Shown here: piece after piece, positions 13,040 through 23,559 of the stretch
Numbering within the stretch: the first letter of the stretch is position 1
Layout: every line of letters begins with the position of its first letter
Assembly (NCBI GenBank): GCA_965235115.1
Contig: OZ249436.1
Coordinates: forward strand, 60,512,001-60,576,000
Reading direction: 5' to 3'
Source: Laetmonice hystrix
Taxonomy: Eukaryota
DNA length: 64,000 nt
The notes under the pieces: model-generated
What the model saw: the letters and a program-made list of their open reading frames with translations, nothing else
Database searches by the model: none
Told to the model about the DNA's origin: nothing
Position numbers and translations under genes: made by a program

Positions 13040-13800
13040 TACTGACATACGGGGGGCGGGGTGTAGTGAGCGCTTGGTTGGTGACGAGGTGTGCTGTAGT
13101 GACGGCGAGTGTGGCGAGCGTGGCCGTGCGTGCTCACACGGTGAACGAGGCAAGGAGCGGCCGGCTGAGCGTCGACACGCACTCACCCCCTGCACACTCA
13201 CCCACACACCGCTAGACACAGACCAGCAGGCCGGCGGGCAGGCAGGCAAGCAGGACCACCACCTCTATCACCACCACCACCACTCCGGCCACCACCACTA
13301 GCCCGAACCGAGCGCACCCACGCACCACAGACAGCCCCTATTGGCCAGCCGCAGCGGCACGACGACAGATCAACAGTTCAAGTGTGGCTATCTCCACTCG
13401 GCCGGTTGTTTTACAACTCTTTGACAACTCCGGGGGTCAGTTTCCCCAGGAACTGTGTGCCTCTGTGGATTCTGCCTGGGCCCAGGATGGCCGCAACTTT
13501 CTGAGCGCCGGCAGAACCAACTCTCTCCCCTGGAGTACTCACTGGAGAAGGGAGTCGCGAGTGTTGTACCTGCTGTGGTATAAGTGTGCCAAGTGTATTC
13601 AGTACACACCATAAGCTTGGCCGTGCATGAGGGAAGCCAGACTAGTGGTGGGCACCCACACCTACACACACACTCGGCGGTGTTGTCGCCGCTTCGTGCT
13701 GGATTTACCTACCTTGGATGTGTAGTAGGAGCACATCAGAAGACAACTTTCACAGACAACACCTGTAATTGTCGCGTGGACCAAACAGAGATGTAAGGAT
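13040..13800 (+). promoter_or_regulatory. CpG-rich island, candidate internal promoter/alternative first exon
   Basis: Visibly CpG-dense relative to its flanks. Contains a GC box GGGGCGGGG at 13053-13061, an inverted CCAAT (ATTGG) near 13340 and a donor-like AT|GTAAGG at 13792|13793. Confidence 0.4.
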
Positions 13801-15019
13801 ATACCAGATAACATTCATAGACAAAACAGTTGTCATCTATTCACATGTGCATGTGGATCATAGTAACAATCCCAGAAATACAGTACACGTCTGAAGATTG
13901 ACGCCCCCTTCATAACATTGAGACTGTGGATTAATAGACACGAGTGAGGATCCCCCTAGATTTGCTACAACCTGGACCAAGTAGGACGGCCAAGGAGTAT
14001 TAGGGCGTCAGCGGTCAGCCAGATCAGGTAGGTGAGAGGGGCTAGCTGTCAGTGAATCAGCAGGACACCATCCTCAGTGATGGACGCTCGCCGCCTAGCG
14101 GGCAGGTACTCAGGTAGAGTAGTGGAGAATGACACTAACAGGTATGTGCGGAATCTGGCCTGCCGCCTAGGCTTTGATCAGCATTGTCGTTCGTGTACGT
14201 ACATATAGATAGGTCAGGCTGACTACAAAACAGTAACCTTTGACCTACCAGTCTGTAGCTGACTGACAAGTTGATTGGAATACTTGGTGGTCATTGGTCA
14301 GCTGACTGGCGTTGGCAAGGACTCATTGTCCTTACACAAGGAACTACAGTCCTATACATTGTACATGTCGGTGTATTGTGTACTACGGGGAGGGGGGCAG
14401 CTGGTTAAAATGGCAGCAGGATCCCTGCTGGGATTTCCCCATAGTGTTGTTTCAACGTGCCAGTCCATCAGACTGTCGCGCTGTCATTCTCAGTGCCATG
14501 GTCCACTGGTGCAGCAGGTGAAAATAGTTACCCCCTCGTACTGCCTATAAAATACCTGTGTCGTTATACATAAGTCTGAATCATTAAGTAAGGGCCGAAC
14601 CCACCAGAGCGTTTGTCCTTGCGGCGTCCGTGCAATTGTTAATTTAAAGGCGGAAATTTACTCTGTAATATTTGCTATCTGTGTTCAGGTTTCCACCTTT
14701 AAGGGCGAAATCACAGTGAACAAGTTCCCCTAGGAATTTAAGGTGGATAGTTTGAGGTGTCATGTATCAGCATGTAAACTACTAAAATTATTCAGTCGGA
14801 TCGTCAAGTGATATTCCATAAACGTATACATGTAGTACCGTAACGGACTAACCGTAACGTTACGGTATAGCCACTGTAGGAGTGTGTCACACAAAGACTT
14901 ATCCCCCCGTCCCCTCCCCCTCCCCCCCCCCACCCGTGCTAACCCACCGTAACTAGCTAATTCAAAGATAGATGGCACACAGTCACTCATGCCATAAGGG
15001 AATTTTTCTTCTCGCATGC

Positions 15020-15109
15020 CAGTTGGCTCTCTTTTTGTGTCAGGTATGAGGCCTTGCCACTTGCAGCATTCCTATGTCGGCCGTCGTCTTGTGTCATCTC
15101 CCAACCTTG
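15020..15109 (+). other. Candidate recursive splice site with a 66-nt cassette exon (15044-15109)
   Basis: ctctctttttgtgtcAG|GTATGA at 15043|15044 and a downstream donor TTG|GTGAGA at 15109|15110. Confidence 0.45.
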
Positions 15110-16420
15110 GTGAGAGCTCTAGAGGTACTCTTGCCAAACGTGTGCGGGCCATAACAGGCACTCTCATCATACAGATCTCCTTTAAGGCCGCCTTGTGGGG
15201 CATTAGCTGCATCACACTTCATATCTGCTTGTTGCAATGGTCAAGGAGTTAGTGGCTTTTGGTTTTATATAAAACCAAATATATCACAGCTTATTAAGAC
15301 TTAAAAGGTTCATTGGTTGTGTTCGGGCATGTAGACGTGAACAGATTTTAGTGATCCTTGTTCAGGACTAAGTGCCTCGATCGCCATAAGAAACTATTGG
15401 TAGGGGGCCGTCGGTAGGCTAATCAATAAATGAAACTAAATATCAATAAATAGTCATATGCTGTAATACTACTGTCGTTTACTATGTCTGGTGTGAGTGA
15501 AAGATTGGATGTTAACCGTAAGAAAACTGTTGTATGCATTGCTTGAACACACATATGCGTTCAGACCAGGGTAGTTAAGCAAAGTGACCTAATTTTCTTT
15601 AATTAGACATGTTCGGGCACATATACTCGTCTCGTTTCGATATTTGAATCAATATGATATCATTATTTTGCTGCCTTGAAACAAAAGGCTCTTTCTTTAC
15701 ATAATCCTATCGTGATTTTGCCACCCCGGAGATTGAATATTTTATAGAAGTTGCAAAGCGGCAAGAGAGTACCCAGTCGAGTAATACGCAATAATAAGTT
15801 CTGTAAAATACACAACCAGAAAGGCTCACTGTAGGAAATACCGGGTAACCAACTGAAAAATATGCTGGTATGCTTTTAGACGATGCTGGTAGTGATATTT
15901 AAATTATGTCTAAAGTTAGAGTAGTCATTTTGTGTAAAAGAGAATGTATTTATCAAAACCTGTTACCAGGGAATCCTTTATAACAGAGTAGAGACAGAAA
16001 GCGAATTTAGTGAAGACGCAAATTTGGAATTAATATACTATGGGGTAGGTGTTTCAGATTACAGCTAAGTGTAAAGTTTGTTATTCCGCCGTGGTAAGAC
16101 TGGGAGAACTACACATCTCAGTTTACTAAAAACTATATTATTTTACCTCAATATTTGAAATCAAGAGTCGTGTTGAGTAATGAGGTCTTATATTTATGCT
16201 GAGAACACTGTAATAGCGGTATAGTAATCCGCTGGCTATGAGCTGTAATCCGCTGGCCATGAGCTGTGGAGGATGAAATCAGATGAGCAGGAAATGTCTG
16301 TATCCTTACGTTATCTCTGGCTGTACTATGATACGGTCATCATTCGGCCGGGAAGATGAGGCCGATCTGGCGAGGAGGTACAGGAACGAGTCACATGTGG
16401 ACCTGTTCCCAGTACTAGCT

Positions 16421-16481
16421 CTGACTGACTCGACTGACTGACTGATGACTGACTGACTGACTGACTGACTGACTGACTGAC
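16421..16481. repeat. (GACT)n microsatellite, about 15 units, interrupted
   Basis: Read directly from the sequence. Confidence 0.95.
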
Positions 16482-18932
16482 AAAACCCAAGCCGTAAGTC
16501 ATCGTATCATGAGCCGTCCTAAGCCAGTCATCCGCTAGATTCGCCGTTGCTCCAGATTTTGATCTGAGACTTATACCGCGGATCAGGTTTACGCCGTGGC
16601 TTGGGTTGCCGAGGAACGATCACATTTCTGAGATAAAAATATGTCCGATTGAGATGGTCGTGGATGATTCATCAGACATAGGAACATTTATGAAGAACAT
16701 GCATGGGTGATACTGGAATAGGTCTCGAAGTTTTCTCTCGCTGTTTTAGGTCGTGGAGCGGTTGATATACAGTTTGTTCCATTGAGGTCGTTATCGTAAA
16801 ACGTCATGATCATGGAGTAAAAACTGACGAGCTTCTGGGCTGGTTGAACAGTAGTGGTTTGGAAGAGGAGAGTAATTAAAGCAGGCGCTGTGGGGAGGAT
16901 GGTCCCATTCTGAATGCAGCTCGACAGGACTGTCAGACAGAGTGATGTGTCATACACCTGATGAATATTGTAGTCTGTCCGTCACTAGGCGTGGGTCAAC
17001 ATGCGAACGTGGGGCCTTAGTGGCCGACTGTGTCATGAACTGGGACTGGTGGATTAGGCCGGATCATGCCGTTTGTGAATCGTGCTAATCTCATATAAAT
17101 TATCACCAAGGACCTGGGATTCGGCGATAGGCCCTGCTCAGCTGTCACTATTTGCTCGTCTGGAGTCGAACCGCAAGGATCAAATATTAGAAATATTTCA
17201 TAAAGAACGAAAACTTTATTATCTTTCGATGATCCATCTTGGCGAATGGAAGACCTACAGATAGAGGCAGTGAGCCACGAAACCTGTGATATAGTGACCG
17301 TCTAGCTTGCCATAATAACGTGTCCTGCCTGTTGCTCACGAGACCGCCCGTCCGTACAGCCCCTCGGTGGAGGGTTCACGACCTTCCGACGTTAACAAGA
17401 CTGGTGCAGTGGCCGTGAATTTCTCTCGTACCCGGAGTATTGATCCAGGGCGTTGTGCCAGGGATGATCCGGCCGCCAGCAGCCGCCTGTCCAAATTAGG
17501 GTAATCCGGAGTGGCCTTTCATACCCGTGAACAGACCAAGTGAGAATGATGGCACTGGCCTTCACTGATACACGCCCGCAGTTGTTACGTAACCAGTGTG
17601 GTGGGCGTGACTTCCCAAATCTCATTCCTCGACCCTCGTAATTCGTTTTCCCGGGAGGGGCAGCACCTCGCATTGCCCGGCTGGTGCCCGGGGCACCAAC
17701 AAAAGGCTAATCCCGTATTTTAGTAACGTCTCGAGTTTAGTTTAATGAAGGTTTCAGGAAAGGGCAGTCATGGGGAGGACGTCCACTTCCGATACCTCCC
17801 AAGAATTGAATGCCCGGATGGGACGGGTACAGAATATAAACGTGTGTGGACGACAGTAAACCCGTGCAGCTTCTCATCGTATTTCGGGATCCAGTGATCA
17901 TAATGGTCCTATGTTTTTAAAGATGAATATTTTGAAGGAGATACAATTCAGCTCCAGATATTTGTTATATATTATTTTGATATAAATGTATGGAGAGATA
18001 GTTCTTCAGAAAAAGTGGTAAGCAGACACAAGTTATGACTTCATTATTTTTGCAATATTCCTTGACGGTACAGAGTATTAGTAATATTTTACTTAAAAGG
18101 CAAATATAAATCCAGAGAAGCCAACGTTGATGTTGCATACCGAAAGCGAGCTGTATTTGACAGCACTGGGAACTCAGGTGTAAGTGCTGTCCAGGTATAA
18201 AACCTTGGTTTCCGCGTCGGCCTTGAGACACCTGCATACAGTAGACTAGCCGCCCACGTCCGGAGGAAAAGCCTCCCGTACTTTGGTATCAGGCCAGCGC
18301 GCCTCCCAATTAACAAGGGTTAGTTATGATTCTACAGTTTTAATCTGCTACACGTACCAAATACATCCTCATGGCGATTAGTGCAGGCACAGCTTCCTCC
18401 ATGCAAAATTGCATCACTGCCATTGTCAGTGCCAAGTACAATGTATATACGTATCGGTATATGTAATCTGGTAATATCGATTACGTACTGGTTCAACCGG
18501 TTTGAGAGGAGGGAGCTGGAGATATTTGTGCGAGTTTCAGCGAGATCAGGTGAACGCCTGACCGAACCGGTGCCAATAGGGGAGTAATAGTTGAGGAGAC
18601 TGGAGAGAGAACGACGGGATAACTTTTAGTTAGGGAGCCAGCTAGGTTTCAATTACACTATTGCGTACGAAAGGTTTGATGATGGCTATCTATCAGTAGT
18701 GGTAGTGTAACAAAGAAAACCCATTTCTTAAGTTCGGCATTCCTGGCGTTAAGGGGTGGGGGACCCCCCAAACCCCCCAAAATTAACTTTCAATTACACT
18801 TTTGCGTACAAGTCTGAAACTTGGCCCTATATTACCAGTAATCATCAGTGATAACAAAAATATAACTTAAGAAAAGAAATTGTCTGGCGTTATTATTTAA
18901 GAAGGGCCCCTTTAGGGGCCCAAAAAGGGGTT

Positions 18933-19720
18933 CAATTACACTTTTGCGTACAAACAAATTACTTCGCTTTTCTTGTCACACTGAATATATCTGAAACATA
19001 AATAATGCTCAAGAAAGGCTCATTCCTGGCATTTTCGGATAAGAAGGGGTCTTATGACCCTTATATGACAAAAAGGGGTCATACGTCTCCAATTACACTT
19101 TTGCGTACAAACAAATTACTTTGCTTTTCTTGTCACATTGAATGTATCTGAAACAAAAATGATGCTCAAGAAAGGCTCATTCCTGGCATTTTCGGATAAG
19201 AAGGGGTCTTATGACCCTTATATGACAAAAAGGGGTCATACGTCTCCAATTACACTTTTGCGTACAAACAAATTACTTTGCTTTTCTTGTCACATTGAAT
19301 GTATCTGAAACAAAAATAATGCTCAAGAAAGGCTCATTCCTGGCATTTTCGGATAAGAAGGGGTCTTATGACCCCTATATGACAAAAAAGGGCCATATGT
19401 CTGCAATTACACTTTTGCATACAATAAAAATTCTTTGCTTTTCTTGTCACATTGAATGTATCTGAAACAAAAATAATGCTCAAGAAAGGCTCATTCCAGG
19501 CATTTTCGGATAAGAAGGGGTATTTTGACCCTTATGTGAAAAAAGGGGCCCCATGTCCCCAATTACACTTTTGCGTATATGGACCTTCTCAAGCTGGTTG
19601 GTATTAACATAAGTACTAGAAACAAAAAAGATGCTCAGGAAAGGCTCATTCCTGGAGTTTTCAATTTATAAGGGGTCTTTTGACCCTTCGAGTGACAAAA
19701 CGGGTTAATTAATACACTTG
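18933..19720 (+). repeat. 157-bp tandem repeat, left arm of the foldback element (4 full units + 1 diverged)
   Basis: The motif CAATTACACTTTTGCGTA recurs at 18933, 19090, 19247, 19404 and 19560. Confidence 0.92.
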
Positions 19721-21259
19721 AGAAACATTTCGACTTTAATGGTTCTCTCAGAGGGATAAATGCCATATTCAGACAGGCTCTCATTTCTAGTATTTGCAGA
19801 TAACTTTGAAACATCTTGCAGATGAGAAAGGGTCAGGGGCAGAATGTCATTTTACCAGATTCTCACGAACCATTGACAAATGGTGTACATTTGCTTTTCT
19901 GCTTCATAAATCATTCCTAAACACTTTCGCTTGAGGTTTTTCTATTTTATTGCATCTGGCTGGATGAGAGCTTTTCAAGGAAGTATACTTTTACCTATCT
20001 GCGATTTGTGACACTAGTGCCCTAAACACCACCAAAATGGTCTATGTTTTAAAGAAAAAATGCTAAAAGAATATAATATTTAAAATATGGGGATTTAAAG
20101 AAATATGCAATATTTTTGCCACTGATTTCTTCCGGTGATATATATCCTACAGATACCTCCGGAGTAATTTATTCTTCTGTATGGTCATATTATAGATCTG
20201 CTAGGACCAAATAACTAATTGTGTATTTTTCTGTCTGCGCCTCATTTGGACTCTGGTTGCAAGTCAACAAAATCATGCAGAAGTATAGTGATTTGTGTTA
20301 ATACTTGACACCCATCTACAAGCCAGTAGAGATGACCCCTTATATGTAAGGCGATTCCATATACGCAAAAGTAATTGGGGACATGTTTCTAGATAAGCTA
20401 TTTAGTCATGTTTTAGCAGCAGGTATGCAACAGCCTAAAAAAGGGCCAGTTTCATCTTTTTAAGCACTTATGTCCAATGGGTCACTATAAAAATGTAAGT
20501 TTAAAAGTGACTATGAACTGTGCAGTCTGACAAGGGCATAATATAATCTTGCAGATTTGTTACTTAAATAAGCATGATTTCTTTTTTGTTGACCAATGCA
20601 CATAATGCCTAGCGTTGGATACACAAGGTTGATACTACACGGGCCTACCCCTTACGTCTACTAGGTACAACCTCGTAAACATAGAGACTTTCGACCTTTG
20701 ACACATGATTGTAATCTCTGGCTTAGAGGAAAATTTACAGTGTGTTTGAAGTAGGCCTACATGTTGTCCTACCCATCTAGATCGTTTCGCTCCATCTTCT
20801 TCAGATAATTTGGCGATTCAAAAGGTTCGGCTAGATTTCTGCAAACAGTGACTTTTCAGAAAGAATCCGCAAATAACATTATATTATAAACCAGCAGTAG
20901 GATTACAATATACTGTCAATATGAGCTAACCCTCACAGTCCTCAAGTGAAATGAATGAAGCAAACAAAGGTAAATGCCTTAAAAGGCTAATTTTTTTGAA
21001 TGTGGGCCTACAAGAACAATTGCAAGAACAAGTTTTGTCGCTAGAATGTGGCATACGGCTTAAACAGCGTACCAAACCACCCAACCTGCGGCTTGGAACT
21101 GGAAAACATTGCCTCTGTCAGTTGACATTGGCAATCCACCCTTTAAACATTCATTTTCAAGGCTGAACCCGTGCAATATAATATTTAGAGTTCCTCCAAG
21201 CTTATTTGTACTGAATTTGGGAATGAGGTTTCCAAGTACATGTACCTCTGATGTGTAAT

Positions 21260-22049
21260 TCTCAAATATTTGTGACTCCTTTTTGTCACTTAAAGGGTCA
21301 AAAGACCCCTTCTTATACGAAATTCCAGGAATGAGCCTTTCCTAAGCATCATTTTTGTTTCCAGTACTTAAGTTAATGCCAACCAGCTTAAGAAGTTTCC
21401 ATATACGCAAGAGTAATTGGGGACATGGAACCCCTTTTTGTCACATAAAGGTCAAAAGGCCCCTTCTTATCCGAAAAAAAACATGAATGAGCCTTTCTTG
21501 AGCATCATTTTTGTTTCAGATACATTCAATGTGACAAGAAAAGCGAAGTAATTTTTTTGTACGCAAAAGTGTAATTGGGGACATAATGACCCCTTTTTGT
21601 CATATAAGGGTCATAAGACCCCTTCTTATCCGAAAATGCCAGGAATGAGCCTTTCTTGAGCATCATTTTTGTTTCAGATACATTCAATGTGACAAGAAAA
21701 GCGAAGTAATTTTTTTGTATGCAAAAGTGTAATTGGAGACGTATGGCCCCTTTTTGTCATATAAGGGTCATAAGACCCCTTCTTATCCGAAAATGCCAGG
21801 AATGAGCCTTTCTTGAGCATTATTTTTGTTTCAGATACATTCAATGTGACAAGAAAAGCGAAGTAATTTGTTTGTATGCAAAAGTGTAATTGGAGACGTA
21901 TGGCCCCTTTTTGTCATATAAGGGTCATAAGACCCCTTCTTATCCGAAAATGCCAGGAATGAGCCTTTCTTGAGCATTATTTTTGTTTCAGATACATTCA
22001 ATGTGACAAGAAAAGCGAAGTAATTTGTTTGTACGCAAAAGTGTAATTG
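21260..22049 (-). repeat. 157-bp tandem repeat, right arm of the foldback element (inverted)
   Basis: The reverse-complement motif ends at ~21420, 21577, 21735, 21892 and 22049. Confidence 0.92.
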
Positions 22050-23379
22050 AACCCCGTTTTGAGCCCCTAAAGGGGCCCTTCTTAAATAATAATGCCAGAC
22101 AATTTCTTTTCTTAAGTTATATTTTTGTTATCACTGATGATTACTGGTAATATAGGGCCAAGTTTCAGACTTGTACGCAAAAGTGTAATTGAAAGTTAAT
22201 TTTGGGGGGTTTGGAGGGTCCCCCACCCCTTAACGCCAGGAATGCCGAACTTAAGAAATGGGTTTTCTTTGTTACACTACCACTACTGATAGATAGCCAT
22301 CATCAAACCTTTCGTACGCAATAGTGTAATTGAAACCTAGCTGGCTCCCGGTCTATTTGCAGGCGTCCAGTTTGTGGCATTATAGAGTAGTATGGTGCCG
22401 TAACACTCGGCTTGACTGAGGGCTCGAACTGCAGATCTTGTGACTTGATGCAGGGTTCTCCCCCATCTGTATATTACAGTGACAAGAAACATGTCAATGA
22501 CATTAAAACTTTTGGTTCTGACTCGCACTTAATGTAGTCAGGGGATTCATTGAGAGGGGTCGTTTACACGGTTTATGTAACAACCATTTAGGTGTTTGTA
22601 AGCACTGAAACCGAGTGACCACCATGATGTGCCGTTTATGGCTTTATGACTGGGCCTCCCGTACGTTGACACAGTTTTGTCAGGGTCCAACACGGATGTT
22701 GAGACCACGGGCAGTCCACAATTGTAGGTTATAGTACCATTATGGTACAGTACTGTCGTTGGATCATTCATGGTAACGAGGACGTAGGCCTACACTGGTG
22801 GGCGGGGAGGGGGAGGGGGTGCTCGCTGAGTACACGCATACTTATTTGTATAGTGTATACATACGATCGAGACCGACAGGCACACAAAGGGATATACAGA
22901 ACAGTCTCTGGCAAAGCGGATCCTCTGGCTATTATTTACCGATCGAGTGTACATTCAAACTTCTTGGGGGAAGATATTAGCGCTCGCATCATAAGAAGTA
23001 GGATATGTAGGGTGATAAATGGCGGAGAGTTTCAAGTATTTAAATTTTTTTAGATAGCGAATGATGGTTAGGAGATAAATGGATGCTTACTCGTAATTGC
23101 TCCGTGCATGGAATGACTGCCGGACCTGTATATATAGTAAATGACGACTGTCGACCACCTGCATACATGTATGTAAACACCAACATATAGAGGCGATGTG
23201 TTTGTAGATCACTGGGGGTGAGTTTATGTGGCCAGTCAGCCGACCAGTCAGTGACCGGGTCGAGGTGACTGGGACCTCCTCCAGTTCTCATGCTCCGTTA
23301 GGTTTGACCCCCCTGGTCACGGGCAGGTAGGTGGTGGGGAGCGGTCCTACCTGTGTCCGGCCGGCCGGTCGGTCGGTCG

Positions 23380-23559
23380 GTCGGGGGTGGGGGTGGAGGT
23401 GAGCCGGGCAAACTGGGCACTCGTCCACGGCCACGCCTCACTGAGTCAGGCCGTCCAGGTGAACCCTATAAAAACACGGGCCATGGGACAGTCGACAGCC
23501 AGCCGGCCAGCACTCAGTGAACCGTACCTGGAGATTACGACTTGTTCGCGACCAGTCAG
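23380..23559 (+). promoter_or_regulatory. Candidate TATA-containing internal promoter and short first exon
   Basis: GGGGTGGGG boxes, AP-1-type TGAGTCA at 23442-23448, TATAAAA at 23467-23473, GC-rich downstream sequence and a possible donor CAG|GTACAT at 23559|23560. Confidence 0.3.

Larger units (their letters stand above)
18633..22349. mobile_element. Non-autonomous foldback-type DNA element, 3,717 bp, with ~1.1-kb modular inverted arms
   Basis: Termini GGGAGCCAGCTAGGTTTCAATTACAC / GTGTAATTGAAACCTAGCTGGCTCCC. The arms (~18633-19725 and ~21255-22349) are near-identical reverse complements around a ~1.5-kb AT-rich loop with no recognisable transposase. Confidence 0.92.

Noticed and set aside
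22337-22771. Minus-strand ORFs (VLYHNGTITY...) next to the foldback element, vaguely like a Cys-loop receptor
   Set aside because: No Cys-loop or FPFD motif and no splice structure.
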